Shown here in pieces: positions 10,300-20,132 of a stretch of 64,000 bases of DNA; within the stretch, counting starts at the first letter, position 1, and every line of letters begins with the position of its first letter. Both the position numbers and the translations under genes were made by a program. This DNA is from Pseudobdellovibrionaceae bacterium (GTDB taxonomy: Bacteria; Bdellovibrionota; Bdellovibrionia; Bdellovibrionales; Bdellovibrionaceae), in contig JBDHWW010000010.1 of the NCBI GenBank assembly GCA_039810425.1, positions 16,575-80,574 of the forward strand, read 5' to 3'. A model generated the notes under the pieces. It was not told the DNA's origin. It saw nothing but the letters and a program-made list of their open reading frames with translations, and made no database searches.

Positions 10300-10914
10300 T
10301 TACTTAGAAACAACCTGGAATTGGCATTTCTTCCCAGCCAAATTATTTTGAATATGGGCCAAGAACCCTTGAAGCATATCTTTTGATTCACCACAGAGAT
10401 CCGGGCCCTTGTGGCAACCGCTCATAGCCTCGCCCAACGCGAGTTCTGAATCAGCAAAGTGAAGTTTTGCGTAAGGGAATTTATAAGAGGCAGTACAGTT
10501 GAGGTTTTCATCAACCACAGCCTTGTCTTCACATACTTTAGACGAAGCGAGAATACTGCGTATTTCGCTCATGTCTGAAGAGGACAGGCAGTATTGAACG
10601 CCCACAACAACTTCGTTGTTTTGATCCACAACGTGCACCACGCCGGTTTTAATATCAATCTCAAGATGATGGCTGGCGAATATCGAGGTCGGTTTGGCCT
10701 GAGTGATATCAGCCTGAAGCTGGGCTTCAAGATAAGCACTCTCAGGAATTTCGAGCGCCCTAGTTTGAGACACATCAACCTTCTCCGCTGGAGTTACTTC
10801 CGCTGGGTTATTTAAAGCATCGTTATTTACATTATCAGAGAGCTGATTGCGGCTGCAGTTTTGAAAGCCTACGACGAGGCAAAATGCTAAACCTGCAAAT
10901 ACGTACCTTTTCAT
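10300..10914 (-). CDS. Putative lipoprotein with FQNC motif, Cys-rich
   Basis: MKRYVFAGLAFCLVVGFQNCS N-terminus; 6 further Cys; GGGGGA SD. Confidence 0.8.
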   Translation of the reverse strand: MKRYVFAGLAFCLVVGFQNCSRNQLSDNVNNDALNNPAEVTPAEKVDVSQTRALEIPESAYLEAQLQADITQAKPTSIFASHHLEIDIKTGVVHVVDQNNEVVVGVQYCLSSSDMSEIRSILASSKVCEDKAVVDENLNCTASYKFPYAKLHFADSELALGEAMSGCHKGPDLCGESKDMLQGFLAHIQNNLAGKKCQFQVVSK

Positions 10915-10953
10915 GAATCCCCCGACAAAATTGCTTCTTTCCGTGCTTTAGAA

Positions 10954-11012
10954 TGCAATCCCGATACCGACTCCCGTCTTAATATATTCGGCTAGAGCGC
11001 TTAGAAACTTGA
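10954..11012 (-). promoter_or_regulatory. Tandem sigma54-like and sigma28-like promoters for the FQNC lipoprotein
   Basis: CGGTATCGGGATTGCA (GG-N10-GC, 10954-10969) and TCAAG-N15-GCCGAATA (10985-11012). Confidence 0.55.
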
Positions 11013-11091
11013 CGCTGTCCAAAGGTCTTATTAGCAATTCTCAATCTGAAACACCGAAAAATTCCGTGACCGAGCCGTAACCAGAAATTCA

Positions 11092-11107
11092 AGGTTTCTC
11101 CATTGCT
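11092..11107 (+). promoter_or_regulatory. Putative sigma54 promoter
   Basis: AGGTTTCTCCATTGCT, GG-N10-GC with TTGC. Confidence 0.4.
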
Positions 11108-11174
11108 GGGTTATGTGAAGTGAAATAGCGTGAGCACCACAAGAACAACTGACAACCACTTAAGGGGTCTCAAA

Positions 11175-11567
11175 ATGAAAAAGGCTATTTTTGGTCTCGT
11201 ATTGCTTGCGGGTTTCTCTGCTCACGCAGGACAAGTTCCTGCTTTCAAATGCACTGTTCCTGCAAATACTCCGGCTGTCACAGTAGACATTGCTGTCTCA
11301 GACAATGAGACCGTTGATTTCGTGACAGTCGACGTGAACGATAAATCGGTTTCAAACTTATTCATGCAGATGGAAAAAGGCAGCTTCCAGAAGCAGGTAG
11401 ATGCCGGCCAAGTAACAACGTTGGTATTGGGTGACCAATTCCAGCAAGGCGATGACGGTGTGATCCGCGATGCAGGTGTCTTGGCATTAGGTCTCGACAA
11501 CGGCAAATGGTCAGGCTTGCTTTCAGCCAGGGGCAACGTCTACCCGCTGGAGTGCGCGAAATTATAG
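11175..11567 (+). CDS. Small secreted hypothetical protein
   Basis: MKKAIFGLVLLAGFSAHA signal peptide; Cys near each end of the mature chain; TAAGGGG SD. Confidence 0.8.
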   Translation: MKKAIFGLVLLAGFSAHAGQVPAFKCTVPANTPAVTVDIAVSDNETVDFVTVDVNDKSVSNLFMQMEKGSFQKQVDAGQVTTLVLGDQFQQGDDGVIRDAGVLALGLDNGKWSGLLSARGNVYPLECAKL

Positions 11568-11590
11568 TTCGCACTTAAATATCGAAACCG

Positions 11591-11627
11591 AAAAACCCGC
11601 AGGAGGTCTCCTTCTGCGGGTTTTTTT
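11591..11627 (+). terminator. Rho-independent terminator
   Basis: AAAAACCCGCAGG...TTCTGCGGG followed by TTTTTTT. Confidence 0.85.
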
Positions 11628-11795
11628 GTGCGTTTTTCTGAAGTGTGTGGCGTGCAAACACTCGCGTCTTTGTTTTGTTCCTAAGTTACGTTGAACGGTC
11701 GGCCGCGAGGGCTGAGCTTTACAGAGTTCGGGCAGTCGCTCCGATTGCAGGATGCGGACAGAAGTGCAAAGTACCACCAAATTTCAAACGTCAAT

Positions 11796-11822
11796 TCCGA
11801 AAAGCGACCTGGTACCTTTTCG
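11796..11822. repeat. Diverged REP-like palindrome
   Basis: TCCGAAAAGCGACCTGGTACCTTTTCG shares TCCGAAAA and GTACCTTTT with the RAYT REPs. Confidence 0.5.
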
Positions 11823-11836
11823 TTTTCGGTCCGGGC

Positions 11837-11869
11837 AAAAAAAGAGGATCTGTTTCCAGATCCTCTTTT
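11837..11869 (-). terminator. Terminator of rplM-rpsI
   Basis: AAAAGAGGATCTG-TTTC-CAGATCCTCTTTT perfect hairpin with T-run on the minus strand. Confidence 0.9.
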
Positions 11870-11894
11870 GAGTTTATATATATAAATAAAACGA

Positions 11895-12293
11895 TTAGCG
11901 TTTTGAGTATTGATAACGACGACGAGCGCCCGCTTTACCGTACTTCTTACGCTCAACCATGCGAGGGTCGCGAGTAACAAAGCCCGCTTTTTTCAACACG
12001 GTTTTGAACTCTGGGTTGAAAGCAACAAGCGCGCGAGTGATGCCGTGACGAACAGCACCCGCTTGACCGTTTTCACCGCCGCCAGCAACTGTTACACGAA
12101 CATCGAACTTATCAGTTTGTCCAACAGCATCGATCGGTTGCAAGATAACCATACGAGATTGCATTCTCTTAAGGTAGTCGTTTGCCTTCTTACCGTTGAT
12201 TGTGATGGTGCCTTTACCAGGCTTCAAGAAAACACGTGCTGAGCTCGTTTTTCTTCTTCCAGTAGCGTAGTAGAATTTTTCTGCTGCTGCCAT
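11895..12293 (-). CDS. rpsI: 30S ribosomal protein S9
   Basis: [23 protein letters not shown]...YSKR. Confidence 0.99.
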   Translation of the reverse strand: MAAAEKFYYATGRRKTSSARVFLKPGKGTITINGKKANDYLKRMQSRMVILQPIDAVGQTDKFDVRVTVAGGGENGQAGAVRHGITRALVAFNPEFKTVLKKAGFVTRDPRMVERKKYGKAGARRRYQYSKR

Positions 12294-12307
12294 TGACTAT
12301 ACCCTTC

Positions 12308-12751
12308 TTAGTTCTTGCCTGTTGGAACAGTGTATACTGCCGGTTTTTGAGCAGCATGTGGATGCTCACCGCCAGTGTAGAGTTTCAATTTACCGATCAC
12401 ACCGCGAGAAAGCTTGTTTGTAGGAAGCATGCCGCGAACCGCTTCGTGGATGATGAAAGTAGAATCTTCAGCTTGCATTTGAGCAGCTGTCTTCTCTTTT
12501 AAAGAACCAAAGAAACGAGAGTGTCTGAAATATTTTTTTGCTATCGCCTTGTTACCAGTGAGTTCAGCTTTATCCGTGTTGATAACAACAACGAAATCAC
12601 CTGTGTCTACGTTAGGAGTGAAGATTGGCTTGTTTTTTCCACGAAGGAGAGTTGCTACATGAGTAGCCAAACGACCCACTTTCAAACCAGTAGCATCGAT
12701 AACATGCCATTTTCTTTCAACTTCATCGGCTTTTGCATTCCAAGTCTTCAT
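12308..12751 (-). CDS. rplM: 50S ribosomal protein L13
   Basis: GRLAT...LRGKNKP.FTP..DTGD, HPHAAQKP. Confidence 0.99.
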   Translation of the reverse strand: MKTWNAKADEVERKWHVIDATGLKVGRLATHVATLLRGKNKPIFTPNVDTGDFVVVINTDKAELTGNKAIAKKYFRHSRFFGSLKEKTAAQMQAEDSTFIIHEAVRGMLPTNKLSRGVIGKLKLYTGGEHPHAAQKPAVYTVPTGKN

Positions 12752-12851
12752 GATGACTCCAAAAATAACTATATCTTCTTAATAACTAAGCAAAACGTTT
12801 GCGAGGCACAGTAGATACATTCTTTGCCCCAAAACTGCAAGAAGGGATGTT

Positions 12852-13637
12852 TTAAATTTCGCGGCACCTAATGTCAAGATCTCGAGGATAATAAACACGC
12901 ATTAAGTAAAGACCCTCGGCCACCGCCGTCGGCCCGGCCTGTTTGCGATCCAGGGCCGCAATAATGTCCTTCATGGACTCCGGCTGGAGTCTCTTTTTTT
13001 CAAGCATCATCTGGGTTCCCACAATGTTGCGAACCATCTGCTTCATAAAGCCATTACCCGTGATCGTAAACTGCAAAAGACCCGGTTTACGCCACTCCCA
13101 GTCCGCCTGGTAGATCTCACGGATGGTGCTTTTAAGTTCTGTGCCAACCGACTGGAAGCTCTTAAAGTCTTGTTTTCCCATAAGAAACTGGGAGCTTGCC
13201 TGAAGGTGCTCAAGCTGAATTGGCAGCCTTGCCCAGTCCGCATAACGATGCATGATCGCCCCGGCGCGTGGCTTATTATATACAAGATACCGATAGGTTT
13301 TACGCTTTGCCGACAGAGTTGCGTGAAAATCCTGGGGTGCCAGCCACGCTTTCTTGACTGAAATCGACCGAGGTAGATGCGGACGAAGAGCCCAAGCCAT
13401 GTCCCAATTCTCCAGACGGCTTAATGGACGCGCTGTATCGAAATGACAGACCTGGCCGATGGCGTGAACCCCGGCATCGGTTCGACCACTCGCTGACAGA
13501 GTAATTTTTTCTTGGAAGACCTTGCACAGAGCCTCCTCGAGGGTCTGTTGGACGCTTTTGTTCGCCATGTGGTTTTGTTTTTGCCACCCGCAAAAGTCAG
13601 TGCCGTCATAGGATACGAGGAATCGGATTCTCTGCAT
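12852..13637 (-). CDS. truA: tRNA pseudouridine(38-40) synthase
   Basis: YDGTDFCGWQ, GRTDAGVHA, MVRNIVG; start at MQRIRF chosen to avoid overlap. Confidence 0.97.
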   Translation of the reverse strand: MQRIRFLVSYDGTDFCGWQKQNHMANKSVQQTLEEALCKVFQEKITLSASGRTDAGVHAIGQVCHFDTARPLSRLENWDMAWALRPHLPRSISVKKAWLAPQDFHATLSAKRKTYRYLVYNKPRAGAIMHRYADWARLPIQLEHLQASSQFLMGKQDFKSFQSVGTELKSTIREIYQADWEWRKPGLLQFTITGNGFMKQMVRNIVGTQMMLEKKRLQPESMKDIIAALDRKQAGPTAVAEGLYLMRVYYPRDLDIRCREI

Positions 13638-13662
13638 GCGCGATCTTATAGCAGAACTGGAT

Positions 13663-14691
13663 CTAGAAGTCAGCGCTGATTCCAACGCTCATGATTCCGC
13701 CGGAAAAATTAAGGTCCTCAGAAAAGGCCTGCTGAAAACGGTATTCGGCCACAATCCATAGATTACCAACGCCGTACTCGCTATCAAGGTTGAAAGCCAT
13801 GCTCCGATCCATCGCCGTCAGATTAAACATTAAGCCGCCAGCACCATAAACTGCAGGAGTGCCGCTGAAATGGTTCTTATCGTCGTCACGCATTTCCGCG
13901 ACGGCGATATAGCTCGCACCGCCTGAAATATAAGGGGCGATCCACTGGCGTTTGAAATACTCCAAGCGGTAAATAAGGCCAAGATTCAGAGGTAAAATCA
14001 CAAACGTGTACTTCTCTTGTGCTGGCTGGCCGTTCTTTAAGAAGTGACCATTGCCATTCGCCATTGCAAAATCAAAACCGGTCTGTACGCCGAGCTTACC
14101 GAAACCGGTGAATGGCTGCCACTCATAATCAAACATCAAAGTCGCAATCGAGCCGCCACCATACATACTTTGGAAATCTGTATAGCCGTCGGCCGAAATG
14201 ATCTTCGGTGGATCCATCATCCCAAAGCGCACAACCCCCGTCTGATTTTTTGGGGTGGTTTTAACTCTGTAAACGTAGGTTCCATCTTGCTCGATACGGA
14301 TCAGGCCTTTTTTCGCATCCGGGTGATGAATCAGCTTCACACCTTTTTTCGGAGTTTTGTCCACCTCCTCCGCTGCCGACGAGGTGTAACCACCGTTCGC
14401 GACTTTCGTTGGCTGTGGCTTTTTAGAGGCCCTCGGCTGAACAGGCGGGTTTGTCGCCGACCAGTCATCCAAAGTGGATTGTGAAGCTGCCGGGGACTGC
14501 GAGTTTGTCGGTGCCGGGCTCACCGGAATGGCCGGGTTGGTTGCGGCCGGGTCTTCGCCCAGTACAGAATCAAATTCATTACTATCTGTATAAGGTGGTT
14601 CGCGTGGGGGAGCTTCTTGAGTGGCGGCAAAAGCATGCACGCTGAAGGTTGCCACAGCAGCAACCATAAACGCTTTCACAAAAATCTTCAC
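13663..14691 (-). CDS. Outer-membrane beta-barrel protein with Pro/Ser-rich N-terminal linker
   Basis: Signal peptide, low-complexity linker, alternating hydrophobic strands, C-terminal Phe; GTG start overlaps the upstream stop. Confidence 0.7.
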   Translation of the reverse strand: MKIFVKAFMVAAVATFSVHAFAATQEAPPREPPYTDSNEFDSVLGEDPAATNPAIPVSPAPTNSQSPAASQSTLDDWSATNPPVQPRASKKPQPTKVANGGYTSSAAEEVDKTPKKGVKLIHHPDAKKGLIRIEQDGTYVYRVKTTPKNQTGVVRFGMMDPPKIISADGYTDFQSMYGGGSIATLMFDYEWQPFTGFGKLGVQTGFDFAMANGNGHFLKNGQPAQEKYTFVILPLNLGLIYRLEYFKRQWIAPYISGGASYIAVAEMRDDDKNHFSGTPAVYGAGGLMFNLTAMDRSMAFNLDSEYGVGNLWIVAEYRFQQAFSEDLNFSGGIMSVGISADF

Positions 14692-16148
14692 GCATTCCCC
14701 CTCAAAGAGCTTCTATTGCGAAGAGTCCACAGAGTGAATTTTGCCGCTAGTGCCATGCCAAAAAGGGCCAAGAGAATTGCTGGAACAATCCCGATCCAAA
14801 GGCTGATTTTTATAAACAGAAGCATGGGCCAAAGCCCAATAACACTCGCCGTTTTTAAAGCTTCGCTATGGGCTATCCATTCCGCCGCTTCCGGACCGAA
14901 TTTGTAGTAGAATTTCACAAAAGACCGTCCTACTGAATTCGTCAGCAGGTACTTATTACGGAACTCACGGAAAGTTTGAACTTCCGGAGCCATCCAACTG
15001 CCGTAAGTCGCTGTCGCGATAAAGCAGTGCTTATCATCCAGAAGTCCCACCACCTGAGAGGGAGTCGCGCAGACTTTCGAGGTCGTTCCCAAAACCGTTT
15101 GATCTGCGAAATACATGATGTTGCCCGTGATGTCCATACTCGCCAAAGAGAAGCAATAGTTGACTTCATTTTGCAAACCACGAATACGTGGGTCCGAGAT
15201 GCTCGGCGGCTTCGGCGAATTATTTTGCAAATTTAAAACAACATTCTCCGCATTGTTAGGAATCGCTTTCGCGTCAGCCACGCCGGTTTGATAAAATATC
15301 ACCACGCGGTTGTACTTAACATTGGAATCGGCGGTCACGAGGTCATAACTGGAAGCTGCATAGTCAAGAATATAAACCTTTTCATCACCCGCAGTCATAT
15401 TATAGTCACAGATCCCCTGAGTGTTATCTGTCGGGGTTGTTCCTGCTGGGCAATTTGTGACCGTCGCGCTGGTAGCAGCTTCATTCACAATCGAGCGTAA
15501 AACCAAAGTAAAATCTATTTTTTCTTCGAGATCACCATCGTTGTTATTGTCGATCCCCGCACTCAGAGTGACACCGGAAAAACCGGTTGCGCAGTTTCCA
15601 TTTCCGCCACCACCAATATTTTTGCAAAGACTGCTCCATTTGATTTCGATGGTAAACGGTTGGCCCGCAGCCAATGTTGGAGCTGTCGCATTGTCAGGTG
15701 TATAAAAGGAGGCTGTCGAGCCACTTCCGGACAGACGATAAAGAATGCGTGGAGTCCCTTGGAAGATGGCTGTTGTCGATGAAACCAAAGTGATTCTTAA
15801 AACCAAGTCCGGATGGATCGAGGTTTGATTGCACCACTTCTGATTTGTTCCAACAAAGCTGCCATCACAGGAGTTACAAGTGGCGCTACCATTTCTCTGG
15901 TTCGGAGCACATCCACCTGAGTCCCCTGCATAACCACCGTAAATAACCGGTATCGTGGTAGAACCCGTGCTATTCGTACCCGTCGGCGTGAAATAGGAAA
16001 GGCCCGTGGGAGCCGCACCGCCGGAAAGTTGCATCCCTGATGTTGTTGGGGTTGGCGTTGGCGTGGCGGCTTGCGCCGAAGCAAGGTTTGCCCCGATAAG
16101 GCCTGAGATTAGAATAATTTTTGAAATAATCGTCCGTGATACTTCCAC
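14688..16148 (-). CDS. Surface protein with C-terminal CFI-box-CTERM sorting domain
   Basis: Signal peptide, Cys/Thr/Gly-rich body, HCFIATATYGS...FREFRNKYL...GRSFVKFYY then TM helix and basic tail. Confidence 0.8.
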   Translation of the reverse strand: MEVSRTIISKIILISGLIGANLASAQAATPTPTPTTSGMQLSGGAAPTGLSYFTPTGTNSTGSTTIPVIYGGYAGDSGGCAPNQRNGSATCNSCDGSFVGTNQKWCNQTSIHPDLVLRITLVSSTTAIFQGTPRILYRLSGSGSTASFYTPDNATAPTLAAGQPFTIEIKWSSLCKNIGGGGNGNCATGFSGVTLSAGIDNNNDGDLEEKIDFTLVLRSIVNEAATSATVTNCPAGTTPTDNTQGICDYNMTAGDEKVYILDYAASSYDLVTADSNVKYNRVVIFYQTGVADAKAIPNNAENVVLNLQNNSPKPPSISDPRIRGLQNEVNYCFSLASMDITGNIMYFADQTVLGTTSKVCATPSQVVGLLDDKHCFIATATYGSWMAPEVQTFREFRNKYLLTNSVGRSFVKFYYKFGPEAAEWIAHSEALKTASVIGLWPMLLFIKISLWIGIVPAILLALFGMALAAKFTLWTLRNRSSLRGNA

Positions 16149-16160
16149 AGACTCATGAGA

Positions 16161-17183
16161 TCACGCTTGGGGCTTGATGTCAAAAATATGCTCCGCAATT
16201 TGAAGACCGTTGAGAGCGGCTCCTTTACGGATGTTGTCCGACACCACCCACATGAGCCACGTATAGGGGTTCTCAGGGTCTCTATGGATGCGCCCAACGT
16301 AAACAGGGTCCTGCCCTGACACATTGCGTGGAGTGGGGTACACAGATTTCTGTGTCTCATCTTGAATCACGAGACCTTGAAAGTTCGTCATTGTTTCCAC
16401 AAGACTCGCTCGATCTGTCTTCTGTTTGAGGGTCACCCACACCGACTCACTATGCGCATTCAAGGCCGGAACACGCACTGTGAACGCCGACACTTTCAGC
16501 TCTGGCAAACCCAGAATTTTGCGGGTTTCTTTCATGATCTTCACTTCCTCCGAGCAGAAGCCTTCATCGTTGAAAGAACCGATTTGCGGAATACAGTTGA
16601 ACAAAATTGGATGCGGGAACACAGCATTCTTTGGCGTAGGATTCTTATAGTCTTCTGTTTGATTAAGCAACTCATCATAACCAGCGATACCCGCGCCACT
16701 GACTGCTTGATAAGAACTCACGCGGACTTCTTCTAGACCAAACTTATCTGCGAGTGGTTTCATCGCAACCACCAATTGAATGGTGGAGCAGTTTGGATTC
16801 GCAATTACTTGCGGCGGAGATTTTGAATTGACGAGATGGCCATTCACCTCTGGTACGATCAAATGAACCGACGAATCCATCCGGAAGGCCGCAGAGTTAT
16901 CGATGGCAAAGGCGCCGGCTTTGACCGCCTGTGGGGCCCACTCTTTACTGATGTCATCGCCTGAAGAAAAGAACACCAGATCCAAGCCATCAAAGCAGCC
17001 TGGTTTTAAAATCTGAAGGGTCCAATCCTGACCTTGAACGTGAATCTTCTTACCGGCGGAAGTATCACTGGCAAATGGGCGGAGCTCCGCCATCGGGAAC
17101 TTCCGCTCTTCGAGAATATTCATGAACGTTTGGCCTACCATTCCGGTAGCACCAACAACACCGACCTTAAGACTTTTTCTCAT
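16161..17183 (-). CDS. asd: Aspartate-semialdehyde dehydrogenase
   Basis: GATGMVG, ANPNCSTIQ, DNIRKGAALN. Confidence 0.97.
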   Translation of the reverse strand: MRKSLKVGVVGATGMVGQTFMNILEERKFPMAELRPFASDTSAGKKIHVQGQDWTLQILKPGCFDGLDLVFFSSGDDISKEWAPQAVKAGAFAIDNSAAFRMDSSVHLIVPEVNGHLVNSKSPPQVIANPNCSTIQLVVAMKPLADKFGLEEVRVSSYQAVSGAGIAGYDELLNQTEDYKNPTPKNAVFPHPILFNCIPQIGSFNDEGFCSEEVKIMKETRKILGLPELKVSAFTVRVPALNAHSESVWVTLKQKTDRASLVETMTNFQGLVIQDETQKSVYPTPRNVSGQDPVYVGRIHRDPENPYTWLMWVVSDNIRKGAALNGLQIAEHIFDIKPQA

Positions 17184-18021
17184 CGTTCTCATTTTCTATT
17201 TCTTCGTCTTCTTCAACCAGATCATCTTCGTTGGTTTGCGCTGGAGCATACACGCTCGGACGGATTCTACGGGCATTTTTCCCAAGCTTAAAGACACCGA
17301 AAACGGCACCGAGGACCGCATAGCCAAAAAAGAGAACAAAAAGCATAACCTCCGGACGAAGAGCCACGACCACAATCACGCCGACACCCAAAAGCAAATA
17401 ACGGAACGGAAGACGTTCTTTCAAATCCAAATCTTTGAAGCTGCGATAGCGGAAATTGCTCACCATCACCAGCGCGAGGAGGATGGTCATCACGAGAAGA
17501 CCGATATTGCCGCTGGCCTCCATCTCGAGATCCTGTACCGCAAGAATAGAAGATGCCACGATCCCCGCCGCCATTGGAATTGGCAAACCTTGAAAGTAGT
17601 TTTTCTCTACGATACCGGCTTGAACATTGAAACGTGCCAAGCGAAGCGCACCGCAAGTTGCGAACAAGAAGCACGCGATCCAGCCAAGACGGCCAAAAGG
17701 ATTCAAAGCCCATTGGTAAAGCATAATTGCCGGAGCCACACCGAAGCTGACCAAATCACAGAGTGAATCGTACTCTGCACCGAATTTTGAAGTGGAACGA
17801 GTCAGACGCGCCAAACGGCCATCAAGCAAGTCAAACACCGCCGCCGCAACGATGGCGTAAGCGCCATAGAGGAAGTTTGATTTCAAGGCCTGTATGATCG
17901 CAAAGAAACCAAAGAACAAGTTCCCTGTCGTCATCAAGTTCGGAAGGACGTAAATGTAGATCGCCAGCTTCTTGCCGGCGGGTTCATTCGGTTCAGCAGG
18001 AGTTGTTGGATAGTTTGCCAT
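17167..18021 (-). CDS. pssA: CDP-diacylglycerol--serine O-phosphatidyltransferase
   Basis: LPNLMT, DLLDGRLAR...FGAEYDSLCD.VSFG, LRLARFN. Confidence 0.95.
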   Translation of the reverse strand: MANYPTTPAEPNEPAGKKLAIYIYVLPNLMTTGNLFFGFFAIIQALKSNFLYGAYAIVAAAVFDLLDGRLARLTRSTSKFGAEYDSLCDLVSFGVAPAIMLYQWALNPFGRLGWIACFLFATCGALRLARFNVQAGIVEKNYFQGLPIPMAAGIVASSILAVQDLEMEASGNIGLLVMTILLALVMVSNFRYRSFKDLDLKERLPFRYLLLGVGVIVVVALRPEVMLFVLFFGYAVLGAVFGVFKLGKNARRIRPSVYAPAQTNEDDLVEEDEEIENENDEKKS

Positions 18022-18044
18022 AGAAATCTTCCTTTGATTTTGCT

Positions 18045-18710
18045 TTAAGCCGCAAAGAGGCCGAATAGATAAAATAAAATATAAAGGCCGACGCCGCTCA
18101 ATACCGGCAACGTGAAATTATCATCCATTTTGCCGATAGGTACCAACTCCGCCAAAGCCCCTATGAGGCCGGCTAAGAGGCTCACGACGATCACGCGATC
18201 AATCATGATGTTAAAGTAACTCAAGAAAATCGCCGTCAAAAGCGCGCAGACACCAAAGGCCGCCATGAAACCCTGAATGGATTTGTGCCCGAAAACTTTG
18301 TCTTTACCATACTTGATCCCGACAAAAGAAGCGATAGGGTCCGCGAACGCCAGGAACAATAAAGTTAAAGCCACGACCGGACGCGGAAACAAAGCCACAA
18401 TTAAGCACACGCCACTCAGCAAGTAAGTGGTACCGGCGATTCTGTGGATTTCGTGAGTACGCATGATCGGCTTAAAGGCATGAACCATCCAGTCATTGAG
18501 GGCTGGATACCTATGACGAAGGAAGTCGATGGGTAGGAACAAAAGCGTCGCGATGGCCAAAATAGAATATGAAACGATTTCGGGCGCGAGAACATAGATA
18601 GCAAACATGCCGAATACACCCGCCATGTGCCAAATTTTACGCGCCCAATGAATGTCAGACCGTTTCTTTAGTTCCAATTGATTCAAATTATCCAATACGT
18701 ATTCTGTCAT
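18045..18710 (-). CDS. CTP-dependent diacylglycerol/polyprenol kinase family membrane protein
   Basis: RKIWH, DPIASFVG..YG, KSIQG, DDNFTLP motifs; multiple TM segments. Confidence 0.85.
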   Translation of the reverse strand: MTEYVLDNLNQLELKKRSDIHWARKIWHMAGVFGMFAIYVLAPEIVSYSILAIATLLFLPIDFLRHRYPALNDWMVHAFKPIMRTHEIHRIAGTTYLLSGVCLIVALFPRPVVALTLLFLAFADPIASFVGIKYGKDKVFGHKSIQGFMAAFGVCALLTAIFLSYFNIMIDRVIVVSLLAGLIGALAELVPIGKMDDNFTLPVLSGVGLYILFYLFGLFAA

Positions 18711-18823
18711 CGGCAGCCACCATAAAGGAAGCCATGCCCTCTGATCAAACCTTAAATCACTGTTTTGTATATTGCGCGTTAAGATTGTATTTGGGAAGGA
18801 AATTATTGCGAGTTTTCGTCAGT

Positions 18824-19369
18824 TTAGATCGTGCCCGCTCTAACTCTGAGAAGGTGCTCCTCAATCTGTCCCGACGGTGTTTGATATTGAATGGAGATCT
18901 GATTTTCGCCCTCGTCGAGCTGAATCAAATCGGTTTGGTATTCTTTCGCATTCAGCATGAAAACCGACGCGGTAAAACCATTCGATTTATTGGTGATGCT
19001 GAGCTTCGGAGACTGCGCCCCTTTATTGCAATCTCTCCCCCTTAACTGCAGGTAACCACCCTCAACCTTGAAGTCCATTGATTTCGCTTTCCCACACGAG
19101 AAATCGAAGCTGATCAGATTGTTGCTCAACAGATTATTGAGCTCTTGTTTCACGTCTTGAATGACAACAGATTTTTTAGGAGCGTGGCCCGCCAACGAAG
19201 GTAAACTCGCGGGCTGACGCGACTTCAATTCCATAGGGCGAAGCGCCATCGTCGTTTGCGGAGTGTGTTCTTCCGGAGTCATCAAAGACGCAAGCGTCGG
19301 CACCGCGATCGTCGCTACCAAAAAAGCTGTCGTTGCTAAGAATTTCCATTCCGTGTTCTTGATACTCAT
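18824..19369 (-). CDS. Hypothetical membrane-anchored protein with Ig-like C-terminus
   Basis: N-terminal TM, RQPAS motif, L.EGENQI beta-sandwich-like end. Confidence 0.7.
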   Translation of the reverse strand: MSIKNTEWKFLATTAFLVATIAVPTLASLMTPEEHTPQTTMALRPMELKSRQPASLPSLAGHAPKKSVVIQDVKQELNNLLSNNLISFDFSCGKAKSMDFKVEGGYLQLRGRDCNKGAQSPKLSITNKSNGFTASVFMLNAKEYQTDLIQLDEGENQISIQYQTPSGQIEEHLLRVRAGTI

Positions 19370-19376
19370 ACTGGAA

Positions 19377-19404
19377 TATTCGGCGGATTTTTGACGGGAC
19401 TTAA
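19377..19404 (-). promoter_or_regulatory. Putative sigma28 promoter
   Basis: TTAAG-N15-GCCGAATA, 7 nt upstream of ATG 19369. Confidence 0.6.
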
Positions 19405-19520
19405 GGCGTGTCATTTTGAGACTCTTCCCTCTGAAGATTCTTCATTTGACTTCTGCCAAAGCAAGTCTCTAGCCTAGGAAATACAAAACCTACGTCTTGA
19501 ATCGGCAAGGAGGATTCCAC

Positions 19521-20102
19521 ATGAAAGCATTTATTCTTACATTTTTGATGGGAGCGACGGCGACGGCCACGCCCTACACGCTTGATGCTTCCCACACCGA
19601 CGTTGGCTTTTCGATCAAGCACTTAATGATTTCGAACGTTAAAGGAGGCTTCAAAAAATTCTCCGGCACCTTTGATTTCGACCCCGCGAAGAACCATCTG
19701 AACCGCATCAATGTTGAAATCGATACGGCCTCCATCGACACGAACGAGCCTGATCGCGACAAGCATTTGCGCTCGAACGATTTCTTCCATGTAGAGAAGT
19801 ATCCAAAGATGACTTTCAAGAGCGATAAGATCGAATACTCCGGCGACAAACCGGTCAAAGCGATCGGCACTCTGAAAATTCGCGATAAATCAAAAACTGT
19901 GATATTGGATCTGGACTATCGTGGCTCTATCATGGATGCTTGGGGTAACAACAAGCTGGCTTTTGCCGCGACGACAAAAATCGATCGCAAGGATTTCGGG
20001 ATGACTTGGAATAAAGCTCTCGATAAAGGCGGCGTGACCGTGGGCGACGAGGTGAGCATCTCCATCGAAGGCGAAGCAAACCCGGTTGCCGCGAAAAAAT
20101 AA
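19521..20102 (+). CDS. YceI family lipid/polyisoprenoid-binding protein
   Basis: LDASHT.VGF.IKHL, RDKHLRS.DFF, IDRKDFG; AGGAGG SD. Confidence 0.95.
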   Translation: MKAFILTFLMGATATATPYTLDASHTDVGFSIKHLMISNVKGGFKKFSGTFDFDPAKNHLNRINVEIDTASIDTNEPDRDKHLRSNDFFHVEKYPKMTFKSDKIEYSGDKPVKAIGTLKIRDKSKTVILDLDYRGSIMDAWGNNKLAFAATTKIDRKDFGMTWNKALDKGGVTVGDEVSISIEGEANPVAAKK

Positions 20103-20132
20103 ATGTAACTTATTCTATCAAGGAGGAACTTT

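Noticed and set aside
11645..11980. Short ORFs between the 11567 stop and rpsI
   Set aside because: They run through the REP-like palindrome and the rpsI terminator and have no SD or motifs
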